A stretch of 64,000 nucleotides of DNA from Blasia pusilla (lineage: Eukaryota): positions 48,236,001 to 48,300,000 of the forward strand of contig CM114271.1 of the NCBI GenBank assembly GCA_050084515.1. The letters are read 5' to 3'. Below are positions 41,700 to 56,063 of the stretch, piece by piece. Every line of letters starts with the position of its first letter. Within the stretch, counting starts at the first letter, position 1. The notes under the pieces were generated by a model. The model was not told the DNA's origin, did not search any database, and saw only the letters and a list, made by a program, of their open reading frames with translations. The position numbers and the translations under genes are program-made.

Positions 41700-42739
41700 A
41701 ACAATGAACAAGGTATACAACTCATGTAACAATACATGTATAAGATCATGTATTGTTGATATTTACAATTGCATCCAAATTGTAAGAATTTGTGTATATC
41801 CTAATTCTGGTAGCTTGATAGATTGTAAAACTCTCTCTCGCTACTTTTTCCCAAGAAACTACGTTGTTTTAAAATTAGAGGCTTTCTGAGCATGGACCAT
41901 TTCTTGAAGATCCTTATGTAAAATTTGATGCATCACTACTAATTTGCATACAAATTTTACTTACCTTCATGATATTTCAATTGTTGTCACTAGTTAGATT
42001 GTTGCAGTGCAAGCTCCTTCTACTTTCTAACCCATTTAATTGCCTTGGTTTTTCAAAGTGGCATATCCACCTTAACTAATAGGAGACAAGTTGTGGAAAA
42101 TGATTGGGAAGCCCTAAACGTATTGACATCTTGATAGGAATGATTACCGAGGTCAAGAGTATGATGAGTAAGGTTCATAGCAATACATCACATACTCCAT
42201 TACTCCTCACGTGTGAACGTTGGTGTGGATTTGCCCCATACACATCAAGATGAAATAGATAAGAATTACGCCAAGAAATCTTCATATATTTTGGATGCAA
42301 TTGTAAATATTGATACAAATCAGAAGGAGAAACCATAAGTTTCTCCAAAGGGAAATTCCAAGAGAAAGGCTTCAAAAATTCTTGAGAGGAGAGAGAAAAA
42401 CGTGGTAAGTAAGCTTAGCAAGCATTACAACAACTAGCCTTGGTTAGGTAAGTTCTCCGTTTGGAAAATAGAATTGCTAGAAAAATTTCTTTGATAATCC
42501 AAAGTTTTGCGTTGATGAGTAACTTCTTGCAGCATGTGAGCTATACATCCAACATTCCAAGCTCTGGTTGGAGTTTTATGAAGTGAGCACATCAATAATA
42601 TCATCAATTTGATGATGACTAATTAGTTTCATGTAACGCTACACACTTGAAGTAATTGCCAGTGGGATGATTCAATCAAATGTCTTTCTTTCGCAGTTGG
42701 AAAATAGAAATGAAGTTGTACTATCACAGAGCAGTAAAG

Positions 42740-42977
42740 GTTAGGAATATATAGGTATTGGGAAAGTATGAGGCATTGTAGGTAGGGATAAATGTCATGG
42801 GAAAAAATTCCACTTGGCCTTTTGAAAGTGGATGTTTTAAGTGTTAATGATCTCACTGTAGAGCTCCCATTTCCAAACTTGGAAGATGATACGCCACAAT
42901 ACCTGGTCAAGAAAGCTTTGGGTAGTTGTGTTTTGTGGCCAGAAAGATGTGTAAAGAAGATTCCACTTCCTCTTTAG
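42740..42977 (+). pseudogene. Tnp1/En/Spm-like (CACTA) domain fragment
   Basis: KIPLGLLKVDV...ELPFPN...KKALGSCVLWP is similar to the motif at 10757-10900. Confidence 0.5.
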
Positions 42978-43475
42978 GTGTTTCAATAGAGGCTATGCCT
43001 TTATTTTGTAATGGACTTCACGCTCCATTTTTTAGGAAGTGTAGTTTATATAACTTTATAATGTTGATGTTGGTACTCCATCCCCAAATTTTTCTGCAAG
43101 GGGCAATAGTCCTATCTTCATTACTTTTGTAGAAAATCATGATACAAATAAAGTTGGATCTTTCCATGGTATTGTGTTAGTTTTCTTTAGAGATATGCTT
43201 GGCCAACAGAGACAAGTTTGTAGAAGAGACATGTTTTCATGAAGTCTACAATTATGATTTGTTGAATTTGTGTCCATATTAAGACATGAACCAAATCTAA
43301 TGTGTTTACTTACATACCTACTAGTCACCTCCACAATATAGGAAAATCATTGTTCCAAAAAGAAAGGAAACCAATTCTAGTTATGAATCAAATATAAAAT
43401 AGAACTAGTTTATAAGTTACCACTACTAGTACCAATCAGATAGCTAACTTCTAGTCAACATTAAATAACTACATA

Positions 43476-43694
43476 TCTATATTATTATTATGGGAGAGTG
43501 CCTTCTTGATTTGCAAACACTTCTATGCTTGACACGTGGTAATTGGGCAGGAAGAAAATGTTCCACATGTTACGGGCAGCAAGAAAAAATTTGAAGTTAT
43601 GTGCAACATCATTAATCTCTTCCTTTCACGGGCTATACACTAGCTCTTCAAACACTTTTTTTATTTCCAGTGCATCGCACGTGCACCTTACTAG
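43476..43694 (+). mobile_element. Short non-autonomous Helitron
   Basis: 5' end A|TCTATATTATTA. 3' hairpin GTGCATCGCAC followed by CTAG|T (43691-43695). A related segment lies at about 44500-44655. Confidence 0.65.
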
Positions 43695-45599
43695 TTTCAT
43701 AGATAATAATGGGCGACCACATGTGTATAATACGACAAGATAGTGGGGTAATAAGACAAAATAGGCAACATCCTTGAATTTTGTTGCTTGAGCCTTATTA
43801 GATGGGTAGAAATAGAACAAAGGAAATGAATAGGAATTTGAGTGGAATATATATAAATCAATTAATAATTAATTTAATAGTATAATATGTGATTATAAAT
43901 ATTAATAAAATATAATAAATAACCAAAATTTTGGAATTTCTACCTCAATTAATATTTGATGGAAAAATGAGATAAAAATTTAATGGAGGAGTATATTTTG
44001 TTTAAATTTTATGGAAAGATAAAATTGCTTAGTGTATTGGGATATCATTTAAATTTGAATGGAGAATTGTAATTACTAAGAACAGTGAAATGTTATTACT
44101 CTTCTAAGATTTTAGAAAAATAAAAATCATATTTAAATTTTAAAATAAATAATATGATCATTTTTAAAAATAATTTTATTAATTCACATGTGATATTTTT
44201 GGGAAAGGAAAATTAATTTGAATGGAAAAGGAAAATGTTTTCGTTAATTAAAATTAGCTACGATTTTGGGTAGTGAATATTATTTTGGTGGGAAGAGTGT
44301 AAGGGGAAGAATAGTTTTTGTTTGAGCTTTTACGGAGGAGTGAAATTATTTAGGGGAGATGGGTGTTATTTAAACGTGAAATTTTCTTACTCTTTTAAGA
44401 TTTTAAAAAGTGGAAATTATACTTAAATTTTAAAATTAAATAAAAATTGCAAATTTAAACATAATTTAAAAAAACTATTATTGACACATGTTTATTAAGG
44501 CCCTAATGACATGTGATAATTGGATAAGAAAAAAAATGTTTCACATGTTATGGGCAGGAAGAAAAAAGTTTGAAGTTGTGTGTAGCATCATTAATCCCCT
44601 CACTAACAAAAGCTCTTTAAAGACTTTTTTACTTTACGTGCATCGCACGTAAAGTGAAGTGAAAAGAAAAAACCAATCCATGATAAACGCGTGGGATAAA
44701 TGTTCTTACAACTATTTGTAGCCTCAAATTGTATACTAGTTTGGCACTTAAGTTACATGTGAATGACTCCATAAACTAATTTTAGTACCAAAAGATTAAG
44801 AAAATGTCGGGAATAACTATTAAACACTAAATTTAGTGAAATAACTAATGAATAATAATCTCAAGTACTCAATTTTTGTTACGTACACGTAAGCAGACCT
44901 AGGATTCCGTGTCAAACCCACATGATTGATGACTAGGATTCTCTACCCTTGTATACTAGCCATCTTCGTAACCCGACTTAGGCCAAGTCATATTGCCAAC
45001 GTGCCATTTTAATACTAGGAATCCTTTATGATCCCAAGATTTTTCTAGTTATAATCTAGTATTATCAAGCTTAAAAAACTAAATCTAGTTTTAAATGCTA
45101 GTGGCTATGGAGGCAATTCCTTCTAGTGGCATCCGTGCGGCGTTGCAAAGAAATCCCATAACTCTTAGATCTCCCGCCATATCTTGGGCCTAAGCAAATT
45201 CAGACGTTGAGGCAGCCTTTTCACATGATGTAGATGCCTGTTAGGCCATCATTGCCTCAAGGCGTTGCTCCAACGTCATAGGTGCGTTTGACGCAAGTCC
45301 TCCACTCACTCTAGCATGTGGTGGCTCATGTAGATGCAATGGTTACGAGAGGCAAAGTGAGAGTGTATGAACCACGAGGATCCAATGTGGAGTTGGATAT
45401 CCATAGGGGGAAGCTGGCACAAAAACTAGACTCCCTGAGTCATTTATATTGTCAGAGGCTCTTCGGACCCCATCGATGGTCCCTAGATCCCCCATGAGGA
45501 GTATTGTCGTAGATGCCGATGCAGTTAGAAGTGAGTGGGTGAGGTGAATATGTCTTCCATACCTATGTAGCATTCAACATGGCCTAGCACTGGCATATT

Positions 45600-46839
45600 G
45601 CGAGAGATGGCGACAACTTTGTGCAACCTGGACAACTTTGTGGCACGTGTATCCTTGGATCAGATGCTCATGACAAGGTCCAGAAAGAGTTGGCATGCAA
45701 CAACAGCTAAAGTGGCAAAGTTTCCAGCTAGACCAACGATTGAGCGTGCAACCGTCTTTCTAGGAGCTATTATCTTAGACAACCAAGATGGATTATTTCA
45801 GTTGGTTGGTCCGTCCGGAGTCGTGTTTCGATCGCAGTATATTCTACTTGATTTAGGAGCACAATCCCTTATGTTGGGAAAGGCGACATGTGTATCCATG
45901 GGATTGCAGAAGTGTGAGATCACTCCATGTCCGTTCCAAATTCAGACTTCACTGGAAGGTACATCCCCGACATAGTACATGACTCGCGATGAGATTACAA
46001 TGAGGATTCAACCCGATCATCCTACTGATAATGCGATGGTGCAAATGCGATTAGTGGTGACACCAACCGGATCTTATGATGTTTTGGTAAGGGCTATCGT
46101 ATTTTATCCTTTAGGGTTCATTCTTGACTTTTGGGAGGAGATAGCCTCTTATCAATCAGGTTGGCAGTCATGTTAGGGACGAGCCAGTCAACTACCCATG
46201 CGGTATGCAGGGAGACTTGATGGTTCACTTTGAGGGTCGACCAAAATAGATCAACTTATTGTGGCATATTATGTTCGCTTGGAGATTTAGTGGAGGGAAA
46301 CGCTGATGGAGAGGATATTTCTGTAGAGGATAGTCTGGAGAGTGGCATGTGATGACGAGCGTGGCTACACCCATTCGTTACACTTCTTCAGCTTTGTGGG
46401 GAACGAGCATTGATTTGCAGAGGAGAGCGACGAGCTTGTGAGGCAAGTGTGGATCCGAGCCTATGCTCTAGAGCGAGACAGGTTAGAGTTCCCACGCGCT
46501 CTAGGAGTGGAGACGTTCACATCCTTGGACACCACACCAATTATGTGGCAGTGTCTCGAGGAGGGTGTAAGTATTCTAGATCTTTTTGGAGGGATTAATA
46601 CTACTTTGGATGTAGCATTGGAGGTCAAAGTATAAGTACAAGAGTACTTGTATGTTGAGAGGGATGATACTGCATATAGAGTCTCACTACATCATGTGTT
46701 GGGACTTGTCCAACAATATCCTCAGTTATTGCCATTGTCTACAGTCAAGGAATATCAGCATGTGTTTTCGCCTGACATTTCCTTGTTGGGGCCACCGGAT
46801 TTGGATAGGGTTGGTCCAATATATTTGGTGATGGCAAGG
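45600..46839 (+). pseudogene. Retroelement remnant: aspartic protease-like region followed by the N-terminal part of a C5 cytosine DNA methyltransferase
   Basis: ILLDLGAQSLMLG and YDVLV (protease-like). GVSILDLFGGI (motif I), YLYVERD (motif II), DI (motif III) and GPIYLVMA(R), cut just before the expected motif IV PCQ. Confidence 0.7.
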
Positions 46840-47466
46840 GAGGAGCGATAAGAGGAGAGAAAGAGAGGATAGAGGAAGAGAGGAGAGAGGAAACTATTGT
46901 CAACCCAAAGAGATCATTTTTTAAGAGAATTTATTGTGATTTGAAGAGAGTTTCTTATGTGTTGACGAGAGGGAGGAAATTTTGGGAAGATATTTTACAA
47001 TTATGTTCCCTTTTCGATCTTAGTCACTCCTACGAAATTCTTTCCTCTTACCCACTATGGCAACCCGTCTGAATTCGATAGGTTGCAACATACATGAAAC
47101 ATTCATGTATCCAATCATCTCTCAACACATAGTTATAAAATTAGAAAAATCATTGGAAGCAAAAATGTGGAACAAATCACTTTTTCCATCCAAAGTCTGG
47201 AATTTTTTTTTATTTAAACACATTGATGAAAGTTCAAGTTTACAGTGAACAATTTGGCATTCCAAACTACACTCTTAAACCTAATGTTGCATCCTCAGAG
47301 TTGCTTGTTTATGATACTTTATAATTCTTTCACGGACAAAATTGGTTGGTGGATTCCTAATCCTCGCTCCGACTCTCTTAAAGATACGAGCAAAATATAG
47401 TATATGTGCTTACAAGGGAAATATCTTTTCCCACTTGTCTTTCTTTGGACAAATTCATCACAAGAA
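46840..47466 (-). mobile_element. Terminal fragment (transposase end) of the MULE family, copy 3
   Basis: The reverse strand reads SCDEFVQRKTSGKRYFPCKHIYYILL...GIHQPILS (SWIM). One palindrome at 47060-47086. The GA-rich terminus matches 28333. Confidence 0.88.
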
Positions 47467-50400
47467 ATTGAGATTATTATTATTATTTTGTAATTGAATA
47501 AAAAAACCTTTAATAATATGACTATGATTTGTCATTATGTGTGATTATCTATATTATATATATTTTTAGTTAAAAAATAATATTTGATGATAAAATCAAA
47601 GCTTTCTACATGTGGGAAAGCAACAGATCTATACAACATATACCCAAGTGAAATGTTGGGGTCCAAAATGCGAATGTTGCTGGAACAGTTCAAGATCCAT
47701 CCAACTTTTCATGTGTCTCGTTGAAATTTTTTTTTCAAGATAATGTGCATCATGAGTGGAGACCAATTTGGACCAACAAGTATCAGTACTTGTCTTGGGC
47801 GGCGGCGCACCAAGATGCAAGTAGTCACGCGGACTCTGCTAGGAGACACACGAGTCTCACGGGATGCCGTGCAAGTCTAAGACTAGATAGGCAGACCGCC
47901 GCTGGTACTCTCAAAACCCGAACACGAGAACTGGCGTGTACGGGGCTAGTACAACCACATCTAGGAGCGTGAGGAACTGAACCACCGCAGATCGGCCAGG
48001 GGTCGAGCGGGAGTCCGCTGCACCATAAAGCCCAGATGGGGCATCAAACGCGGGGCGTTTTGAGAGCTCTTGGTTGCGTTAGAAACTAGAGAAGCAAACG
48101 CTCATGGTGAAGGATTGCATGCATGCAGAGCTCACGAAAAGCTCTCAAATTTTAGCTCGGAAGAAGGGGGTCTATGCAAGATTGATAGGTTTTGTGTCTG
48201 AGTTTCGGTCCGCGTCTCAAGTGCAAGTTGAGGCATGAGTGCAAGTGGAGCAAGCTGAGTCTGAGAGTCAACGTTTGTGTTTGGAGACGTGCTTGGAGTG
48301 CTAGGTGCTGATTCTTGTGGTGGAATACTGAGCCCATGTTTGAGTCTTAGGATCGGAGATCTTGAGACGGGAATCAGAGTTGTGAGACGTCTGAGCTAGT
48401 CAACAGGATTAGTGACATCGTGGAGGATTGCAGTAAACCTAGACCTTTGCATTGGATTTTGGTGTTTTTTGTTTTCCGTTGTGGTTTGCAGGAATCCTCC
48501 GTGACACTTGATATCAAAGTAGGTTTGACCTTGGAGCTACTAGGGTCCATACCTGATTTCAAGGGACACGTTCAGAGATGGAGTAGCAGCTTGCTGATTC
48601 ATAAGCCGCCCTTGGCGCTGCTGAATTGAGACTCAACGAACGCCAAGCTGAACCGCACGATCTGAGATCCACCATGCATGATCATGCGAGTGAGGTAGAT
48701 CCGATCGGCCCACCAGGAGTAGATTCTAATTAGGTAGCATCCACTGAGACTGGTCAGCCGTTAGAATCGGGCAATGCGCCTTCGATTACTACACCGTGCC
48801 CGCCGTTTGCTGGTTCTCCACGGAGATCAAAGAACTGAGGATCTCAACGCTGGCCCAAACCCACAGATCGGCCAATTGACAATGACGAACATGATTTGAG
48901 TCTGTTTGAGAGTTGGGAGCTAGCCTAATTATGTATTTGCACTGCTTTGATGAAGCCGGATGGTTCACGTATGCGTGTAGCCAAGTAGGAGGAGTTTCCC
49001 GCCGCTTGCTTCTTGCTGTTCAGTGTGAGCGGGAGATCAGCGATAAGAATCCGATCAGTTCTTGGGATGAACTCAAGAATCTGATCCGTGCAAGTTTGGT
49101 TCCCACCAACAAGTATGTGCTCAGACGCCGAGGGCTAGAGGCGCTTCGCCAGACAAGTAGTATCCGGGAGTATGTGTTTGAGTTCAACCACCTGATCACT
49201 CTCGTTGGAGTCATGGATATGGAGGAGAAGAGCTACAGATTCATTGGTGGTATGCAGCATTACTACCCCATCAAGGTGGAAGAATGGGGCGAGGAGGTTC
49301 CATTGGAAATTGTGTTTCACAAATTGGAACACATGGAGTTCATCTGTCGGGAGCATCAACCAAGCGTAGGTAATGCGAGATGCAGACGAGACACCAGTGG
49401 GGGGAAACGGAATCTTGATACACGAGGGTTCCACGATAGATTTCACAGACGTGGAAGCATCTCTAGGCCACCCCACATGAGGAGCGTTTAGGCTGGTTTG
49501 CCCCAAGGCACACTCGCTGCTTCCTCTGCCGAATCAGCCGCCGTTGTAGAAAGCCGCAGAATGCACCCTAGATTTCCGCCGTGACGTGCGCTTGCGATGC
49601 CCAAAACGGCGACTGCCGTGTTTGGTGATGGACAAATTCTGGTGTCGCCGCCAATCCCCAAAACGCATAGGTGTTTTTGTTGTAATCAACCGGGTCACCT
49701 TGCACGAGATTACACACAGCCAAGTGTGTATCACATGGATGAGCAGCTAATAGCGGACCAGAGTGGAGGGGTCAAGATGGTAGACACCTAGCCTGCCACG
49801 GGAGCCTCCGGTTACTCAAGTGAGCCGCAAGAACCACCAAGCCGAGATTCAGGTTTGGAGTGTGGTATTTCAGCTTGTGCCTTGCCTGTAAATTGCACGT
49901 TGCCTTGGATTCAAGTCAGTATTCGTGGGAAGTCTTTGGCTTTGGTGTTAGACACTCGTGCTAATGTGAATGCTTTGAATAGTTTGTTGGTCAAGGAATT
50001 AGGACTAGCGGTCACCCACATAACTTAGCGGCTAGTAGTCAAAGGGTTCAACCGAGATTAGTAGTAATGCCATGTGTGTGCTAGTGAAGATACGAAACAC
50101 GGAGAGGAAGTCAGAGTTCCTCATTATGGATCTGCGCGACTCCCTACTCAGAATCCTTTCTTGGGAATGGTTGAAGACTTACCAAGCCATAGTCAATGTC
50201 AAAGCGGGAACGCTCTTGCTAAACACGCCGTTTGGGGAATGGGAAGAAGTCCCACTCCTAGAACACTCCAAGGCAACCGTAAGACCCCAAACTGTAGCTC
50301 TAAAATATTGTAATGTGCGCGTCGTGCATCAAGTTTGTTCAGCCCGCCAATTTGCTTAGGTTTTGAAAACCGCTAGCGAGGCGTGGGTGGTGTTAGTCGC

Positions 50401-51965
50401 CAAGGAAAACTCTGTTGAGCATGCGAGACCTAAGAACTCGCCCATAGCGCCCGAGATGTAGGCACTCATGGATAGGTACCAAGATGTGATGCTGCTAGAG
50501 TTGCCGCCCAGACACGCCTTGGATCACGAAATCGATCTAGTTCCTAACGCCACCATCTTGAACATGGGAAGGGGCAAGTTTTTGACCTGCACCGAGTTGG
50601 ATGAGCTCAAGGAGCAACTCACAAAGCTCCTCAACAAGAATCACACCAGGCCAAGTGTCACACCTTATGCCGTACCCATTCAATTTGTTGCCAAGAAGGA
50701 TGGCACATTGAGGATGTGTGGAGACTATCAGGCCTTCAATAAGATTACATTCAAGAATAGATACCCACTACCTCTCATGGATGATACCATGGATCCATGA
50801 GCTTGTTAAAGTATCGACCAAAAGCTAGTCGACTTTACCAAGCTGGATTTGAGATCCGACTACCACCAAATCTGAATCGCCAAGGGTGATGAGTTCAAAA
50901 CCACCATTCGCACGCGGTATGGGCTCTATGAGTATGTGGTGTTGCCGTTTGGATTGACCAACGCCCCGTCACATTTTGCACCCTCATGAAAAATGTCTTT
51001 AGAGATCTGCTAGAAGTGTGCATCATTGAGTATCTAGATGATATCATTGTGTTCTCAACCACTTGCCAGTAACACTTGAAGGATGTTGAAGAGGTACTCA
51101 AACACTTGAGGCGAGAGAAACTCTACATCAAGGAAAGCAAGAGCTCGTTTTTCCAACCCAATGTGGTGTTTCTCAAGTGTTTGATTGACTAGAAAGGAGT
51201 CCATCCAAACCAGAACAAGATTCAGGTGTTAGTACAGTGGTCGATGGACGTCTAACCTTGCGGTAGGAGGCGTTCTGATCCAAGAAGGCAAACCAATCGC
51301 CTATGAGTTGCATAAACTCACCAAGACATAGGTTCGCTGGGCAGCTCATGAGAAGGAAATGTATGCGGTCATCTATTGCCTCAAACGCTGGCAACACTAC
51401 TTGCTACCGAGCGAAGTGACTATCGTGACCGACAACATAGCCAAAACTTGTTTTCAGACTCAACCTTGCCTCTCGCCGAAATAGGTTAGATGGCAATTAG
51501 AACTTTCTAGGTTTCACGTCACTTGGAAGCACAAGAAGGATAAAGAACATGTGCCCGCTAATGTGCTAAGCCGCAAAGTTAACGTGCTTGTCACCTACTC
51601 ACTGGATCAAGAACTGCTTGACCAAGTGAGAGCAGAAACCAAAGAGGACCCGCAAGCAAGGGAGTGGAGACAACTCCAAACCGCGGAGGCCAAGGTGAGG
51701 CAACTAATCTTTCAGAATGGTCTCTGGTTGTTTGGACAGGACCGAGCTTACATTCCTGTAGGAGATCTTAGGACTCGCTTGCTGGCCGAGTGTCATGACT
51801 ATGTTTTGGCTGCTCATGGCGGCCGCAAGAAGACCTTAGAATGGTTCAAGGCCAGGTTTTACTGGCCCAAACTTATCTTAGACGTGCGAGACTATGTTTC
51901 CGCTTGCCTTACTTGCCAACAGCAAAGGGCTGATTATCAAAAATCTACGGGGCTCTTGTAGCCGT

Positions 51966-52350
51966 TGTTGGATTCTCAACATCCACTCCTCTGAGCACCA
52001 TTAATCTGATCGGCCCCTTTGTATGAGGAGAAGCCTAGATTGATGGTTCCGACTTAGACGTCGAAGGAGTCATAGTAATATGACGTATGTGGTTTTAGGA
52101 GTAGCGTTACTAGGTTTATCTAGCAAAATTTTTCTATGAATAGAAACGAAGAAAAATAGGTAAAAACCCTAGTTTTCCCAAGTAGTCAAATAGTCGGGAG
52201 CCGCTGCGTTAGCGCATTCTCGTATGTCGAGTTATCTCCATGTTTAGGTTCCATCGAAGCTCTTCTGTGAGCGCACGGACGGACTAGGCCACTTTGTATC
52301 TCTAAGTTTGTAAAGATTTCCGTGATTTCGTCACTTTCTGTTTTCTCACA
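51966..52350. mobile_element. Solo LTR (385 bp) inserted in the Gypsy integrase
   Basis: TG...CA ends. TSD GCCGT/ACCGT (one mismatch). Removing it restores GLL(Q)PLPI.DGIWES. Confidence 0.8.
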
Positions 52351-55186
52351 ACCGTTGCCTATTCTTGATGGGATTTGGGAGTCATTGAGCATGGATTTTG
52401 TCGTGAGTTTTCCAGAATCACAAGGGCTCAACGCCGTTTGGGTTGTTTGTGACCGGTTTAGCAAGCAAGCGCACTTCATTCCGTGCTACGACACCATCAC
52501 CGCGGTGATAACCGTTGATCTGTTCTTGCGCCATGTCTTTCGATTACATGGAATCCCGCAAGACATAATGAGTGATAGGGACTCCAGGTTTACCTCGGAA
52601 TTCTGGTTGACTTTCTTTGCTCGCTTGGGCACGAACCTGAAGTTTAGAACGGCTTACCACCCACAAACCGACGGCCAAACCGAGCGCGTGAACCAAGTGC
52701 TTGAGCAAGGCCTTCGAAACTATATCATGGGAGATCACGCTGATTGGGTCTCGCACCTACCTTTGATGGAGTTTGCATACAACTCCACCAAGCACTTTGC
52801 CATCGGTATGTCCTCATTCGAAGTTGTCTACTGAGGGCCGCACCCGCCGCTAACTCCGTTGTCACTATCCATGTGGAATGAGAGTGTGAATCCCAGGGCG
52901 GACGCCACACCTGAAGTTGATGAGTTCCTGAACTTGAATGGTTATGTGCTTGCTCTGGCTAAGACTAACATGCAGCGCGCCCAACGAAGATACGCCAAGC
53001 AAGCCAATCAACACCGGCGAGACGTCGAGTTTCAGGTTGGAGAAAGAGTGTGGCTCAAGACCAAGAACTTCACGTTCCCGGAGAACCACACTCAAAAACT
53101 ACAACCAAGGTGGGCCAAGCCCTCCTTAGTTGTGAGGAGAGTTGGTAAGGTGGCTTACGAGCTCCAACTCCCGCCGAGCATGCACAAGTATCACCCTGTT
53201 TTCCATGTTTCAATGTTGAAAGAGTATGTGACTGATACTAATCAATTCCCTGCCAGAGAGCAGAAGTGGCAACATGTTTTGGAGGTGTTGCCGGACCCGC
53301 AAGAGATGATTTCCAAAGAGATTGTGGACGAGCGGCTAGTGCCGACGGGTCAATGTCGCTATCAGCGTGAGTATTTGTGTGAGTGGATGGGGCAGCGTGT
53401 GATAATCTGGGAACCCCTTACGAGTTTTCCTTGGTTCCAACTCAGAGATCCACTGAGGTGTTGGTTGGAAACCAAACGCAAATGGGTCAGAAGTGAAGAG
53501 ACCCAAGAGGCACGGCAGACATACATAGAACATCTAACGAGATTTGCGCAGTGATTGAGCCACGAGGATTAGTCCCCAAAGAGGTGTCGTAGAAGGTGCA
53601 ATGTGGCGGACTGATCCCCTGATCCACACATAGCCTGAGATGCGCTCTTGAACAGCTTGCTTGTGCTACTCAGTTGCGTGCACACGACTCGGACTCGAGG
53701 GGTACCTTGACAAATTTCCTGGGCAGTCAGTCCTAGAAGGGCTGGTTGGCTGGTAAGCCAAGCACTCACACCCGATGCTAGACGAAGAAAAGCATCTTTG
53801 CTGCAGGTAACTAGTCCCAGGCGGCCACGTCCAGCGAAACGCGGTCTTGGTAGATTTGAGGTGGATCCCATCCACGACCATTTGCAGATGGGCGTGGATG
53901 GAATCCGCCTCAAATATGCCAACCAGTCGCGGGGCGACTTGGTATCCGCCAAGGTTGGCGCGGCAATGTTGTTCACTCTAGGGCAGCATGAGTAGACACA
54001 TGATACAAGGAAGGAATATGACTCCTTCCATCATGTGTGGCAACTACATGTTCCTTTCTTCGATGCTAACTCTGAAGCAGGTTTGTGTGATCTTGAGGAC
54101 GAGATCTTTACTGGCCCGGGAGAGTGTAGCTAGAGATTTTGGCGAGCCGCCAAACACTAGCTTGAACGCCAAGAGACGCCGCTAGGGGCGCCCATCAAGT
54201 AACTTTCTACCTTGGAGTCACCAAGTGAGTCAGGGCTATTACGACATGAGCAATCCAAAATCGAACACCAGCCATCGCCAAAGGCGAGTCGCCAAAGGTC
54301 CAGGTTTAGAGTCGACAGTGGTATAGGTTTACAGGAGTCATAGGTCCAGGTTTACCAAAGCCAGAGGTCCAGGTTTCAGGGTCGACGTCCTAAGAAATCA
54401 GACCCGAGAGTGAGACACGGAAAGTCCGGGTTTGGAATATGAATCTTGGGGAAGTCGAACTGGGGCCAGGGACAACCGCCGCTAACTTGAGTTAGCGGAG
54501 GGCCAGAATGAGTTAGCGGGATACTCATCTAGCCGCCAGATACTCATCTAGCCGCCAGAACCGCCGCCAGGGCGGCGACGCAGCGAGACATAAGTAGTCA
54601 TGCGGACTCTACTGGGAGACACATGAGTCCCATGGGACACCGTGCGAGTCTAAGACTAGCCAAGCGGACCGCCGCTGGTATTCTCAGTACCCAAACATGA
54701 GAACTGGTGTGTACGGGGCTAGTACAACTGCGTCTAGGAGCGTGAGGATTTGAATCGCCGCGAATCGACCCAACGGTCGAGCAGGAGTCCGCTGCACTAT
54801 AAAGCCCAGATGGGGCATCAAACGTAGGGCGTTTTGAGAGCTCTTGGTTGCGTTAGAAACTAGAGAAGCAGATGCTCTTGGTGCAGGATTACATGCACGC
54901 AAACCTCAAGCAAAGCTCTTAGCGTTTAGCTAGGAAGAAGAGTGGGACTATGCGGGATTGATAGGTTTCATGTATGAGTTTCGATCTGCGTCTGGAATGT
55001 GAGTTGAGGCCCGAGTGCGAGTGGAGTGAGGTGAGTACGAGAGTAAACGCCTACCTTTGGAGACGTGCTTGGAGTTCTGGATGCCAACTACTATGGTGGA
55101 ATACTAAGCCCATATTTGAGTACTAGAATAGAGGTTGAGACGAAAATCAGAGTTGTGAGACACTGCAACTAGTCAACAGGATCAGT

Positions 55187-55344
55187 GGCAACATGGAGGA
55201 TTGCAATAAATTTAGACCTTTGCATTAGATTTTTTTGTTTTGTGTTTTCCGTTGTGGTTTGCAGGGGCAACATGGAGGATTGCAATAAATTTAGAACTTT
55301 GCATTAGATTTTTTTGTTTTGTGTTTTCCGTTGTGGTTTGCAGG
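55187..55344 (+). repeat. About 78-bp tandem duplication in the 3' LTR
   Basis: GGCAACATGGAGGATTGCAATAAATTTAG...GTGGTTTGCAGG occurs twice here but only once in the 5' LTR. Confidence 0.9.
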
Positions 55345-56063
55345 AAACCCTCGCGACACGGGGTGAATTAAAATTTAGGCTTTTGGTTTATTCAAACCAA
55401 AATTAGAATTCTAATTAGTTACCAACGCATTATGATGTTAAAATCAATCAATATTTTTGTTATCTCGCTTTGTGTAAATCTAACAACATATTTTCCCACT
55501 CATCCTAAATCTATCAGCATTATTAAATGTTGTTGCGTGTATATTACATAATTAGATAGACATTGCATAGATTTAATCCAGGAAAGTTCACATGTTAGTT
55601 GGATAGAAGGTTGCAAAGATTTCGATGGTACGATCATGGTGAAGCTCTTAGAGAAGGCTTTGATTGGAATAAAAAATATGACATGGAAACAGACTATATT
55701 GAGATAATGTTTCGTCCCCAACATATTTGAAGAAAGAGAAAGAATATCTCCAAACATTTTTCCATTAAGAACATGAAACGGGCCACGTCAACTGCTATGA
55801 AACTATGCTGTGACTATAATACTCAAGACGGGTTTCAAATCTTCCCAGCTCACATGGTTATTACTCATAGCATAAGAAACCATTATCAATCCTTGTAATC
55901 ACGTCGAACTACGCAATTTCTGTCTTTCCATCGAACGTATTGCCTTACACACCCTGACTGCGCAGTTATTTACACTGTATTTAGCACCGTAGGCGTTAGG
56001 CCAGAACTACGTCAACAAACCTTCTGGAATTTAAACCCGAGCATCGTCATCTCGATAAGCACA

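Larger units (their letters stand above)
47797..55358 (+). mobile_element. Degenerate Ty3/Gypsy LTR retrotransposon, chromovirus-like
   Basis: LTR homology between 47797-48506 and about 54570-55358, both ending GACA; the 5' LTR is probably truncated and the 3' LTR may start at about 53585. Degenerate Met PBS TGATATCAAAGT at 48509. gag, zinc knuckle CFCCNQPGH, protease LVLDT, RT (KKDGTLRMC, YLDDI), RNase H, integrase (HGG..CLTC, SMDFV, SDRD, YHPQTDGQTER) and chromodomain-like REYLCEW...WEP. Confidence 0.93.
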
